A stretch of 63,912 bases of DNA, the filler included, from Octopus bimaculoides (Eukaryota), in assembly GCF_001194135.2 (NCBI RefSeq). It is 7 parts of 7 records of this genome, joined end to end, with 100 filler letters (N's around TTAATTAATTAA, not from the genome) between each part and the next. Parts side by side here need not be neighbours in the genome. Positions count along the whole stretch, not along the records: positions 29,264 to 40,467 come from NC_068989.1; positions 40,568 to 57,270 come from NC_068987.1; 5 more parts are not named here. One strand, given 5' to 3'. Position numbers and translations under genes: made by a program. Below are positions 38,543-51,784 of the stretch, piece by piece; position 1 is the first letter of the stretch; every line of letters starts with the position of its first letter. The notes beneath the pieces were generated by a model. It was not told where the DNA came from. It did no database searches and saw only the letters and a list, made by a program, of their open reading frames with translations.

Positions 38543-38876
38543 GGCGGTGAGCTGTCAGAGACGTTAGCAAGCCGGGTGTAATGCTTAGCGGTATTTTGTC
38601 TGTCTTTACGTTCTGAGTTCAAATTCCGCCTACGTCGACTTTGCTTTTCATCCTTTCGGGATCGTTAATTCAAGTACCAGTTGCGATGTAATGTTTATGG
38701 AGTTGTCCCAGTAGGTCACTCAGCGCTTTTGCATTAATACAATGACATAAAAATGGTTACTGACCAACTAAAATATCGTAAGCACAACTAGACCATTTGT
38801 GTAGATTTGAAAATGGTAAATTACCTCCTCGGCCTCCCCCAAAATTTCGGGCCTTGTGCCTAAAGTAGAAAAGAAT
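38543..38876 (+). mobile_element. SINE family A1 interrupted by 145 bp of unrelated sequence
   Basis: Body 38543-38685; tail resumes at 38831-38876 (ggcctcccccaaaatttcgggccttgtgcc...). Confidence 0.85.
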
Positions 38877-39006
38877 ATATTGTTTTGTCTTGGGCCCTCA
38901 AATATAGGGGCACTTTTGACTTCTTTAAGCCCATGCCTCTAAAAGTCTGGTCGTAAATGACAGTGAGAGAGAGAGAGAGAGGAGGAGAGATATATGCAGA
39001 TAAAGG

Positions 39007-39037
<31 letters not shown>

Positions 39038-39280
39038 TGGACTAGAGTGGGGGAAAGGCAAACAGTGAGGAAGTGAATGAGAGGGACTTGTACTTCATTT
39101 ATCGACAACGAATACGAGAAAAGAAAAGTTAATTTTAGTGGGATTTGATCTCAGAAAGTAGAGAACAGAAATAAATATCGGTAGAATTGCAGTATAAGCA
39201 ATCTGCCCTCTAACAGATCCAACAATATACCGATACATACATACATACATACATGCATACATACATACATACATGCATAC

Positions 39281-39347
<67 letters not shown>

Positions 39348-40164
39348 NNNNNNNNNNNNNNNNNNNNNNNNNNNNNNNNNNNNNNNNNNNNNNNNNNNNN
39401 NNNNNNNNNNNNNNNNNNNNNNNNNNNNNNNNNNNNNNNNNNNNNNNNNNNNNNNNNNNNNNNNNNNNNNNNNNNNNNNNNNNNNNNNNNNNNNNNNNNN
39501 NNNNNNNNNNNNNNNNNNNNNNNNNNNNNNNNNNNNNNNNNNNNNNNNNNNNNNNNNNNNNNNNNNNNNNNNNNNNNNNNNNNNNNNNNNNNNNNNNNNN
39601 NNNNNNNNATATATATATTTATATATATTGTTTAATGATATTTATCGCTCACTCGAAGGAGTACTATTTTTGCTGATCTTACATTAATGGAACAGTAAAA
39701 TATAAATATGTGTGTATGTATATATGTATGTATGCATGTATGTATCTGTGTGTATGTATGTATATATGTATGTATACACACTCACACACGTCAATGTATG
39801 TGTAGCATTATGCTCCAGTAATAAACACGAGTTAAAAATAAAATTATAAAACGCCATTACATGAAGAAAGATTGTTTGATTGCAGTGGATATCTTGGATA
39901 ACTCATAATGGTATATTCATTTAACAATTTATTTTTGTCAATCATACATTTTCTTTGTTGCATTACAAGACTTCGAATTATATGTATGTATATATTATAT
40001 ATATATTTTTAGCGTGTGTGTGTGTGATACGATGTGGGAGATATTGATTGTTGCATTAAGTTATCGAATCAGCAAATCTTGTAGCTTGTTAAGTTGAATA
40101 GAGAACTAATTTCTTAGCGACTAAAGCTGCAACTGTCTCGCAATACACCTTCTGATGGAATATT

Positions 40165-40201
<37 letters not shown>

Positions 40202-40899
40202 GTATATTCTTAAGTATATGTATGTATATATTATAAGTATATATTTATAGGCATATATATGCATATTTATAGGTATATATATATATATATANNNNNNNNN
40301 NGTGTGTGTGTGTGTGCGTGCGCGTGTATGAGTGTGTGTGTGCAGAGAGAGAGAAAGAGAGAGAGAGAGAGAAAGAAAGAGAGAAAGAAAAAGAAACAGA
40401 GAGAGAAAAGAAAGGTAGTGTGTGGGTGTATATACAAGTGTATATATATATATATATATATATATATNNNNNNNNNNNNNNNNNNNNNNNNNNNNNNNNN
40501 NNNNNNNNNNNTTAATTAATTAANNNNNNNNNNNNNNNNNNNNNNNNNNNNNNNNNNNNNNNNNNNNTATATAGATATATATATGTCTGTATGTACGTAT
40601 TTGTTTTGTTATATAAGTAATGTTCGTTAATTGTCATCAATGAGCTTGTGGTTACATACTTGTGTGAAGAAGGAAAACTTGATGCGTGATGAAGTAGTTT
40701 TTGTATAGTTTCTGATTCTGGAAAGGAAATCCAGCTTCCTGATGGTACTTGGTGGAACCGGATGTGGTATATGGCTTATCTGGAGAAGGCCTTGACTGAA
40801 GGAGATACACTAGTGGGGTCCGGAGTGGAAGGGAAAACAAGGAAGAGATTAGGGGAGCGCTGGATGGTGGTGGATAAGGGAACAGTTGTGGAGAAGGCA

Positions 40900-41300
40900 T
40901 AAGCGGAAAATGAACAAGAGGAGAATAGATGGGAAGGAAGATGAGGAAGAAGGAGAATGTAAGAGTAATGGGGATGAGGTGTAATTGGAGATGTTTGAAG
41001 AGAGTCAGGCCGAAAGAGGAGGAGAAGAGGAGAGCGGAGAGGAGAAGAGGGGAGAGAAGAAGAGGGCGGAGGAGGAAGGGGAAGTAGAGGGCAGAGATGG
41101 GGAAGGAAAAGAAAGAGAAGGAAAAGAAAGAGGAGAAGTAGAAGGAGGAAAGGGAAAAAGAAGAAGAGGAAAAGAATGGGAGGGGAGAAGGAGAAGAAAA
41201 AGACGAAAAAGAAGAAGAGGGAGGAAGGAGAAAAGGGGAAGAAAGGGAGAAGGACGAGACGAGAAAAAGAAAGAGGGGAGAAGTAGGAGAAAACAAAGAA
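40900..41300. repeat. Purine (GA)-rich low-complexity tract
   Basis: Almost exclusively G/A on plus; runs into a gap. Confidence 0.9.
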
Positions 41301-42239
41301 NNNNNNNNNNNNNNNNNNNNNNNNNNNNNNNNNNNNNNNNNNNNNNNNNNNNNNNNNNNNNNNNNNNNNNNNNNNNNNNNNNNNNNNNNNNNNNNNNNNN
41401 NNNNNNNNNNNNNNNNNNNNNNNNNNNNNNNNNNNNNNNNNNNNNNNNNNNNNNNNNNNNNNNNNNNNNNNNNNNNNNNNNNNNNNNNNNNNNNNNNNNN
41501 NNNNNNNNNNNNNNNNNNNNNNNNNNNNNNNNNNNNNNNNNNNNNNNNNNNNNNNNNNNNNNNNNNNNNNNNNNNNNNNNNNNNNNNNNNNNNNNNNNNN
41601 NNNNNNNNNNNNNNNNNNNNNNNNNNNNNNNNNNNNNNNNNNNNNNNNNNNNNNNNNNNNNNNNNNNNNNNNNNNNNNNNNNNNNNNNNNNNNNNNNNNN
41701 NNNNNNNNNNNNNNNNNNNNNNNNNNNNNNNNNNNNNNNNNNNNNNNNNNNNNNNNNNNNNNNNNNNNNNNNNNNNNNNNNNNNNNNNNNNNNNNNNNNN
41801 NNNNNNNNNNNNNNNNNNNNNNNNNNNNNNNNNNNNNNNNNNNNNNNNNNNNNNNNNNNNNNNNNNNNNNNNNNNNNNNNNNNNNNNNNNNNNNNNNNNN
41901 NNNNNNNNNNNNNNNNNNNNNNNNNNNNNNNNNNNNNNNNNNNNNNNNNNNNNNNNNNNNNNNNNNNNNNNNNNNNNNNNNNNNNNNNNNNNNNNNNNNN
42001 NNNNNNNNNNNNNNNNNNNNNNNNNNNNNNNNNNNNNNNNNNNNNNNNNNNNNNNNNNNNNNNTGGTCAGAAAAAATAAGAAAGGGGTATAGAGCCCTTT
42101 CTCCTTTTACATTACCTTTTTTTTTCTACAGGTGTATTTTCAGAATTGGTCCGTTTATACTGGCCATTCTTCCAACAGTCACCCATCTTTCAACGAATTT
42201 GCTATGAGACAGCACTTCCCTCTCTTGCAATCAGTCCAC

Positions 42240-42891
42240 CTCTTTGGCTTGGTACATTTTATTGACTCCAGATGAAAAGCAAAGTTGAATACAGTGGGAG
42301 TTGAACTCGAAACAAATACCACGAGTTATTCTATCCAATACTCTACCGACTCTGTCTATTCTCCGCCTTAATTAACGGAGGTTAGTGTTCATGCTTCATA
42401 TACGTGTTGCCAGACAGACGTTCGCTTCTGTAGATATCATTTCTACTATAGGCACAATATCTGAAGTTTTGGGTGGAGGACGATAGTCAATTACATCGAC
42501 CACAGTGCTTAATTGATACTTATTTTATCGAACCCGAAGGGATAGATGGTAAAGTCGACCTCGGCGGAATTTGAACTCGAAATGTAAAACCGGAAGAAAT
42601 GCTGCTAAGTGTTTTGTCCGGCGCGCAAACGATTCTACTCGTTCGCCGCTTTTACTTTCCTTGTAGATTTTCCTTCCAACTATAAACAAAAGACCTGAAA
42701 TGTGATGGGAAGAGGAATTATTGATTATATCGACCTCAGTGTTCAACTAGTACTTATTTTATCGACCCCACGAAAGGATGAAAGGCAAAGGCAAAGATGG
42801 CCTCGGCGGAATTTGAACTCAGATCGTAAAGCATGAAGAAACACCACTAAATATTTTGTCTGGCATGCTAATGATTCTGCCAGTTGCCGCC
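42240..42891 (-). mobile_element. Cluster of three SINE-A copies
   Basis: ~42240-42365 (degenerate), ~42436-42650, and 42668-42891. The last is flanked by a 15/17 direct repeat (42651-42667 and 42892-42908). Confidence 0.85.
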
Positions 42892-44101
42892 TTTACTTTT
42901 CTTGTAAATACCAAAAGATCTTTAGAATCTATGTGTTAAATGGTAATAAAGAATTTTAGAAGTTAAATTTCATTCCTCAGTTTTCATAGGCTTTTGCACG
43001 ACACTTCTTCCTTGCTTAGAAATCAATTAATTCAGATCTTTAACTTCACTGGAAGCTTCAAATTTAGGGGACAAAAAGGAGGGGGGGAGGAAAAAAAGGA
43101 AATAAAGCCACCCCAAGCTTTGATAGTGTTTATCGAGAGGGGAAAAGTTTAAGACGATTAGTCATTCCAAAGCTATCACGTGCAAAAGGTCACTGAAGGG
43201 AGGTACTCTGCAGCAACAAAAGAAAAGACATGTGCTTCACTTCATTATACATGAAAGAATATAAATCTCCAGGAGAGAAAAAAGAAAGAAAGTATTAAGG
43301 GAATAAAGAAATAACCCGAACAACAATACTTAACATCTGCTTTATGCGAAATACTGAAAATCAATCATTAAAACGATGTCATTAGAATTAGTTATAAAGC
43401 CACCTGCCTGTCCCAAAACAGCACTATTTTGAATCGTTTACTAAACAGTATAACATTATAACAGCTTCCCTTACTCCTGTATAATCCTGGATTGACTGAC
43501 ATACATGACGTAGATAATTCAATACACGTGCATGTATGGTCTTCTAGTTTATTTTTAAACTTTCTCTCTAGTTGAGAAAGAGCCGGTATCCACCACACAC
43601 AAAAAACAACAACAACAAAAACAACAAAAAAATAAATAAAAGTAAGGCTCTGCCATTGATACTTAAGCAGCGTCGAGCAGGAAGTCACGTACATGTCACT
43701 GCATGTGCTGGAGCTTTATTCATTTTACATATGCATGTGTACATATACATATGTTTGTATGCTTATGCGTTGATATATTCACATACATCAGGCTAACTGC
43801 CGGAATTTTTTTACACATTTTCTAGTTCCCCTGAATACTAAGCTCTTAACCGTTTCCTTTCTGGCTTTTTGAAGCTCAACTTCTCAGGGTTGGTACTGAG
43901 GCAGATAGTAATGTAACGAAGTTCCCTAATAAACACAGCTATAAATTTAAGTGTATAGCCGGAGAGTAATATCTTCAAATATCTCAGTCCGGCTTAGAAT
44001 ATATCTTATTAATTTAATACAGATTATATCATTAATATTACGTTAACGTCAAAGGCCGCGAGCTGCCAGAATCGTTAGTACCCCAGGCTTCTTCTTCTTC
44101 T

Positions 44102-44136
<35 letters not shown>

Positions 44137-44369
44137 TTCTTCTTCTCGTCTTGTTTTTTTTTTTGGTAGTCAAATAAAATAACAGTAAGCATTAGTAAGC
44201 AACTCTCTGAGGCTACGGAAGATGTCGAAGATTCATCTGATCCAAAGTTCCACAAGATGTCAGTTTCTGCAGAATTCAATAAAAATTCGAGACAGTTATA
44301 TAGACAGACTCAATGGATTCTGATCCAGAATGGCTGATGGCTGTTCTGAGACTGACCTCGAAGTAACCA

Positions 44370-44442
<73 letters not shown>

Positions 44443-45016
44443 TCACACACACACTTACACACACATGTCCTAAAATTCATATTCACACAAACAATAAAAT
44501 ACATATATAAAGTCATACATTAAAAATACATAAACTAAAGCATTCTGACATATTGACCACACATGCACTCATACATACAGAATCTAAAACACACACACAT
44601 ACACACACTAAAACGTACTCACGCACACTTACAATAAAATGTACTCTTAAACACACACACACACATGCAACACACACACATATATGCAAAGGCAAACACA
44701 TACACATATTAGAACACACACACGTGCACACATAAACTTACATATGCATTCATTAAAACAAGCACTCACTAAAACGCACTGACACACACATACACCATAG
44801 CACACACGCACTCACTCAACCACACTATAAGATACATACATTCACATACATACACATACATCCTCACTAACACATACACACACTCACATTAAAACACACA
44901 TTAAAACACGCACGCATACACTAACACATGCACACACGCACTAAATGACATAATGAAACACACATACATACACTAATACACTCACAAACACGCACACATA
45001 CACCCACACTAACATG

Positions 45017-45052
<36 letters not shown>

Positions 45053-45059
45053 TACCACC

Positions 45060-45101
<42 letters not shown>

Positions 45102-45110
45102 TCACCATTC
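44370..45110. repeat. Long degenerate (CA)n low-complexity tract
   Basis: Continuous CA-rich simple repeat. Confidence 0.9.
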
Positions 45111-45550
45111 ATTACGGACAAAAATGACGGAAGCTGTGTTCAACTCCACACAATTTACTGAACAGATCAATAAAACCAGTCCGATTCCACACTGATCCAC
45201 TTTGAACAAATTGATTGACCTATATAATAAGACGATCAAACAAACTCCGTAATTATCTCTTCATTCAAGCATGGATCTTTTCTTCTCTGGTTTTTTTTTC
45301 TGTCTTCTTTTGAATAACTTCTGATCCATTCAAAATAGGGTTTGCAATCCATTGTTATATATTTCGACGGACTTTTCAGATTGGATGTTGTTGTCGTTGT
45401 TGCTGTTGTCGTTGTATTATGATAGTTGCATCTGTTATTGTTGTAATTATCATTTTGTTATTAATATGGCTAGTGTGTTGTTATCGATGTAGTTGTTGTT
45501 ATGATTATTATAGTGATTATTTATTGTTGTTCTTGTTGTTGCTCTCATCT

Positions 45551-46230
45551 CGTCTAGAAAGCTGTGCCGTTGCTATCCAAGAACAGGAGATAGTTTTTAA
45601 ATATCTGATCAACCAGAGAGAGATAAGAATGTCTCTAAACCTCAATGTTATGATAGAAAACTTCGATTGTACCAAATCAGCAGGAGACACCACTCATATC
45701 AACAATGGCTGTCCAAAAATGTTTGCAAAGTACTACCTTCTCATGAGACATGACGTTGAATAAGACGGGCTACAATGCTATACGCAGGAGGGTTTTCCTG
45801 AAGGCCGTGCCAAAAGCATACCAGAAACAGACTGTCTCTAGATTGTTAAAATGAAAGAATATTGATCGAACGTTCCAATAAAAACAGCCATCTAGTGTAA
45901 GTACAATAGGTCATATATTGTTGTATGGGACAGGGAGATACAAATCATGCACTGTTGTGGATACCAACAACTCAATGGGCGTGATTGTCGCGTCAACAAT
46001 TGGGGAAAAGAACATTTATGAAGAACAGATGAGAAACCTACAGCTGTTATATCCAGGCTATAGATTTTTCATTTGTACATAAGAACATAGCTGCACAGGG
46101 CTGCATGAAGACAGATTTGTACAAAAGCCTACAAATGATGGGGGTTCGCGAAAAAAGAAAAGAGCAAACTGATTCGCATTCTCTGGACGCAATCGATTAC
46201 ATTGAACAATGTACAACTGAAAAAGAAAAA
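45551..46230 (+). mobile_element. R4/Dong-type non-LTR retrotransposon C-terminal relic (zinc knuckle + REL endonuclease)
   Basis: AVAIQEQEI, C..S..DTTHI.NGCPKM..YYL.MRHD (CCHC region), NRSYIVVWDRE (cf. RPDIVV.D), GEKNIYEE.MRNLQLLYP, KLIRIL.TQSIT, in the expected order with stops and frameshifts. Confidence 0.85.
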
Positions 46231-46307
46231 TTGAAAAGATGCTATTGTCAGGGTTGGAACGTCTTTGATTATAAGGCCTACTCGATCAGGTCTTACCTAG
46301 GGCTGAA

Positions 46308-46890
46308 ATAATCCTTTCTACAAGAGGTACAAGGCTTTGACTCAGTTGACTCAGTTGACTCAGTTGGTCCCTATTTTATCGATTCAGAGAGGATGAAAGG
46401 TTGAGTGGAAAGCCGGAAAAAATGCTCCTAAGCATTCAGCCCTTCGTGCTAACGATTTTGCCAGCTCGCCGCCTTTTAATCATGGCTTCAAACTTTGGCA
46501 CAAAACCAGCAATTTTAGGAGAGAATGTAAGTCGATTATATCGGCCCCAGTGCTCAATTGGTACTTATTTCATCGACCCTGAAATGATGAGGAGCAAAGT
46601 CGACTCCGGCGGCGTTTGAACTCAGAACGTAAATATAGGTGAAATACTGCTAGGCATTTTGCTCGGCCTGCTAACGATTCTGCTAGTTCGCCGCCTTTTA
46701 ATAATAGCTTCAAATTTTGGCACAATGCTAGCAGGTTTAGGGGACGGGGTAAGTCGATTACATCGATGCTAGTGCTTAACTGGTACTTATTTTATCGACT
46801 CCGAAAGAATGTAAGGCAAAGTCCACCTCGGAAGAAATGTCGCAAAGCATTTTATCCGATACACTAATGATCCTACTAGCTCGCCGCCTT
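46308..46890 (-). mobile_element. Three head-to-tail SINE-A copies
   Basis: Heads (cagctcgccgcc-like) at ~46470, ~46690 and ~46885, each head abutting the next tail. Confidence 0.9.
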
Positions 46891-47344
46891 TAGGAGTGAA
46901 ACCACAACAATTACAGAGACAACAGTATTATTAACAACAACAACAACCTTACACTGTTGCTATCATGTTCCTATTTTACCATGTCGCAATGTTTGTGTTC
47001 ATAAGTCAAGTCAAAGAATGCCGGGTGTAAACAGTGACCTCTTAATTGACATTAAGACCTGATGTATATATAAATATAGGACTCTATAGAACAAACTTGG
47101 AGTTGAAATAACGCTTCAGCTTCATTGAAGGTTGTACTTTGAACGGACTATTTAACATTTTGAAACACGATATCAAAAATATAATTATTTACTGTAAAAT
47201 TGTCAGCTGGTTGATTGAGATTACGTTTCGTTTTGGTCGTTCGTTCGTTTCTTCAAGAAGAAAATTACATTTTCTTTTCTCAAACTGTGGTATTTTGTAA
47301 TAAAAAAACATCAACGTTTGATTTAAGGCTGCAACTCAAAGTGC

Positions 47345-47935
47345 TAAGCTGTAGGAGTTGGTACTTGTACTTTTCTACCCCAGAAGAACGAAACGCGAAG
47401 TTGACCTCTGCAGAATTTGAAATCTGAACATAAAGGGTAGTTTTTAAACATTAGATAGCATCTAGGCCGATATGACATTTTAGAGATTTTGCCAGACTAT
47501 CGATTTAGATATCATAATAATAGAGGTTTCTAATAAAGGCACTCGCCAGAAAATTGGGGAGGAGTATTCGATACCATTTTCATTATGGATTGGTTCTTTA
47601 TTTTATCAACCCCTGAAAGAGTGAAAAATAAGATTTACCTCGGTAGGATTTAAACTCAGAACGCAAGTAGTCTGAACAAATACCGCTAAACATTTCGAAT
47701 CGATGCTGTAATGTTTCAACCAGTCAACCACCCTTGCAATCGATACTAGGCACAAGGTCAGAAGTTTAGAGGGGAGGGGAATAGTCGATACCATGGACCC
47801 CAGGACTGAACAGATACTTTATTTTTTCCGACTCTGAAAAGATGAAAGGCAAATTTAACATCAGCAAGATTTGAACTCAAAATGCAAAGACTTAGAAAAA
47901 AATACAGCAAAACGTTATTTCGGCTCTAACGAAAC
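47345..47935 (-). mobile_element. About three older, degenerate SINE-A copies
   Basis: Repeated tttatc..cc..gaaaga..gaaa...ctcgg..ggattt.aactcagaacg motifs. Confidence 0.75.
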
Positions 47936-47987
47936 CGCCAATGCAAATAACAAACTAAACAGACGAGTGATTCTTTCTCATTATAGA

Positions 47988-48153
47988 GGTGCAGGCGTGG
48001 TTGTGTAATAAAACACTTGCTTCCCAACAACATGGTTCCGGGTTCATTCCCACTGCATGGCACCTTGGGAAAGTGTCTTCTACTATAGCCTCGGGCCGAC
48101 CAAAGCCTTGTGAGTAAATTTGGTAGACGGAAACTGAAAGAAACCTGTTGGGC

Positions 48154-48196
<43 letters not shown>

Positions 48197-48460
48197 TACA
48201 TGGATGGATGCATGCATGCATGTATGTGTGTATCTATGTATGCGTCTTTGTGTTTGTATCTGTCCTCCCTCATCACTGCTTGACAACCGGTGTTGGTGTG
48301 TTTGTGTCCCGTAACTTAGCAATTCGGCAAAAGAGGCCAATAGAATAAATACTAGGCTAAAAAAAACAATAAGTCCTGGGAGCGATTTGTTCGCCTAAAA
48401 CCTTTCAAAGCGGTGCTCCAGTATGGCCGCAGTCAAATGACTGAAACAAGTAAAAGAATG
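47988..48460 (+). mobile_element. SINE family B, full length
   Basis: tRNA-like head, internal microsatellite, 3' half ending gactgaaacaagtaaaag. Confidence 0.92.
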
Positions 48461-48489
48461 AGAGAAAGAACATACCCATACCAGGAAGG

Positions 48490-48690
48490 GGGCGGCGAAC
48501 TCGCAAAACAGAGAATCGGGAAAAAAAAAACAACAAAAAACAAACTTTGTGGTATGTGTTCAAATCCCGCCGATGTCATCTTAGTCTTTCATCGTTTCGG
48601 GGACCTTAAATTTATGTAGCAGTCTAAGTTCTAGGATCGGTGATATCGACAAAAATTGTTATCCTTGCACCAAGATCAGAAACCAACATA
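48490..48690 (+). mobile_element. SINE family A, degenerate
   Basis: ggcggcgaactcgc...gttcaaatcccgccgatgtc...tttcatcgtttcgggg. Confidence 0.65.
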
Positions 48691-50379
48691 TACACATCAG
48701 GAGTATACATATATAATTTAAGACGCATAGAAAGTGTATTATATAATTAGTACGTTCTGCTGTAACGTTTCAGAAAGCTGTATTGTTTTTCAAATGCTGA
48801 TCATCATGGATGGATGGACGTCCTATACCTGCTTGATTTTCAAGGCTCTTATCCTCACTATGGAATCTCTCAAATCACTATTTTACCCTGCGATCACTTG
48901 TGAACTATTCACCCCGCCATGCTCTGTTGATATTACCGGCTGCTTTGGAAGCATTATATCCAAGCTTGAATTCATGCAAAAAAAAAAAAGTAAAGGTTTT
49001 TCTTTTCTTTTTTCGTGTTTGAAATTAAGGATTTCTACGCTTCAAAATTATATTCAGAAAGAAATCAAAGTTTATTAATCTCTTAACATATTATCCCGTT
49101 CAGAGATGTCTGGTAAATATATATTTGAACGAAAATACACATTCACTGTACTCTGAGGTATCTGTCACTTATTTCTAACCCGAAATTCTACGTTCAAGAT
49201 GTTATTCCCGTATTTTTTTATCATTAGCTATCATTAATTATCATTAGTTATCAGTAACTTGATAATAAATGTTAACTGATTCAAAATAATTCGTGTACTT
49301 ATCCCTCCTTATATACAGATTCAAAATAAATGATAAAAACATATTTTTTGCATAGAAATTGAAAAACCATCTGCTTGTTAAGAGGTTAAAGTGTACACAT
49401 CAATTACTAAGCATTTAAAATTTCGTGTAAAACACTACAAAAATAACATCTTAAATCGAATTTTAAAGAATGTTTTCGAAAAATCGGACAAAATTTTCCA
49501 AACATAATACTGTGTATGTTAGGTTCAGTCTAGTATTGCCAGTTGCTGAATCAGAAGTTTCTAAACACTGCTTTATGCAAGCAACAACGACTTACAGAAG
49601 GATTAGATCAAGAAACATGAAGCAGCGTTACCAAAATCTTTTACATATTTCAGAGAGCGACAGATTAAATTTCTTAGATTATTTTTTCGGGAGGCAGCTA
49701 AACACTTGTTGAGGTTTAAATGTCAAATTGTTGCAGTATAAATTCCAGATATACGACCTGTTTGATGAAGGACATTTGGGGATATGACAAGACGAACCAA
49801 TACGCATGCGTTGAGATTATACTTACAAGAGTGTTGTCGTTTGGTGAACCGAAAATAGAAACATGTTGCTAGCAGGCGTTCCCTGTAATTCTAGTATCAA
49901 ACAAGGGTTATCTGTCCTGAAAAATATTTTCAAAATTTTTCCAGTCTGGCAGATAAGACCTGGGTTACTATGAGACCAGAATTGTATGCATAAATGTAAA
50001 CTACATATGATAAATAGTTTATAAGTAAATATTTTGAAAGGTTGTAGTGTCACGATCGGGTTTCTTTCTGAAAAGTTTTCAACATCTAGGCAAAGAAATC
50101 AATCTGTCTACTTTACTCCATTCTTTGTGTACATAGACANNNNNNNNNNNNNNNNNNNNNNNNNNNNNNNNNNNNNNNNNNNNNNNNNNNNNNNNNNNNN
50201 NNNNNNNNATATACATGCACATACACACATATATATTATACAAGCACACATACATACACATATATACCCACACACACACACATATATATATATACACATA
50301 TATGTAATGTATGTATGTATGTAAGTACGTACTAACGCGATCCTGAGGGCAACACCCACGCAGATAGAGATAGAGATAT

Positions 50380-50946
50380 ACATACAACTTACGACTCTCG
50401 ACAACCGGTTTTCGTTTGCTTATGTCCCTGTTATCCTGTGGTTCAGCCAAAGAGACCGATAAAATAATTACCAACCCCCAAATACTGCACGGACTCCCGT
50501 CCAAAGGCGCTAACAATTCTGCGAGTCCACCGTCCTTAACTGGTACTTTAATTATCGATGTCTGAAGGATGAAAGATTAAGTTGAACTCGGCAGAATTTG
50601 ACCTCTGCAAGACTCGTTAGCACACCGGGCAAAATCCTTTGCGGCATTTCAGCCATCTAAAGACGTTCCGAGTTCCGAGTTCAAACTCCGCCGCAGTCGA
50701 CTTAACCTTTCGTCCTTTCCGGGACGACAAAATAAGTACCAGTTGAGTACTGAGGTCGATGTAATTGATTTAACTCCCTTCCCACGAAATTGCTGGCTTC
50801 TTTCAGTTTCCGTCTACCAAATCGACTCACAAGGCTTTGGTCGGCCCGAGGTTATAGCAGTAGACATTTGCCCAAGGGTGCCACGCGGTGGGACTGAATC
50901 CGGAACCATATGGTTGGAAAGCATGCTTCTTACCACACACAGCCAC
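50380..50946. mobile_element. Mixed SINE pile-up (B 3' fragment, A minus fragment, A plus copy, B minus 5' half)
   Basis: B ~50380-50470; A(-) ~50500-50605; A(+) ~50610-50797; B(-) ~50796-50946. Confidence 0.8.
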
Positions 50947-50974
50947 AATCTCACATTATGCACACAGAAACAGC

Positions 50975-51187
50975 TATTCTTTTCTACTCTAGGCACAAGG
51001 CCCGAAATTTTGGGGGAGGGGCCAGTCGATTAGATCGACCCCAGTACGCAACTGGTACTTAATTTATCGACCCCGAACGGATGAAAGGCAAAGTCGACCT
51101 CGGCGGAATTTGAACTCAGAACGTAGCGGCAGACGAAATACCGCTAAGCATTTCGTCCGACGTGCTAACGTTTCTGCCAGCTCACCG
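50975..51187 (-). mobile_element. SINE family A1, young copy
   Basis: Clean match to the A consensus with A1 tail (ttttctactctaggcacaaggcccgaaattttggg). Head ends at a gap. Confidence 0.93.
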
Positions 51188-51784
51188 NNNNNNNNNNNNN
51201 NNNNNNNNNNNNNNNNNNNNNNNNNNNNNNNNNNNNNNNNNNNNNNNNNNNNNNNNNNNNNNNNNNNNNNNNNNNNNNNNNNNNNNNNNNNNNNNNNNNN
51301 NNNNNNNNNNNNNNNNNNNNNNNNNNNNNNNNNNNNNNNNNNNNNNNNNNNNNNNNNNNNNNNNNNNNNNNNNNNNNNNNNNNNNNNNNNNNNNNNNNNN
51401 NNNNNNNNNNNNNNNNNNNNNNNNNNNNNNNNNNNNNNNNNNNNNNNNNNNNNNNNNNNNNNNNNNNNNNNNNNNNNNNNNNNNNNNNNNNNNNNNNNNN
51501 NNNNNNNNNNNNNNNNNNNNNNNNNNNNNNNNNNNNNNNNNNNNNNNNNNNNNNNNNNNNNNNNNNNNNNNNNNNNNNNNNNNNNNNNNNNNNNNNNNNN
51601 NNNNNNNNNNNNNNNNNNNNNNNNNNNNNNNNNNNNNNNNNNNNNNNNNNNNNNNNNNNNNNNNNNNNNNNNNNNNNNNNNNNNNNNNNNNNNNNNNNNN
51701 NNNNNNNNNNNNNNNNNNNNNNNNNNNNNNNNNNNNNNNNNNNNNNNNNNNNNNNNNNNNNNNNNNNNNNNNNNNNNNNNNNNN

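Noticed and set aside
40652-42079. 214-aa Ser/Phe/Pro ORF (-) and 364-aa Glu/Arg/Gly/Lys ORF (+)
   Set aside because: Both derive from a GA-rich low-complexity tract plus a gap.
44049-44279. Exon candidate with good acceptor (TDILWNFGSDESS...)
   Set aside because: No convincing donor; the frame runs into (GAA)n and a SINE head.
46346-46375. (gactcagtt)x3 with AP-1-like TGACTCA
   Set aside because: Slippage repeat inside a decayed SINE.
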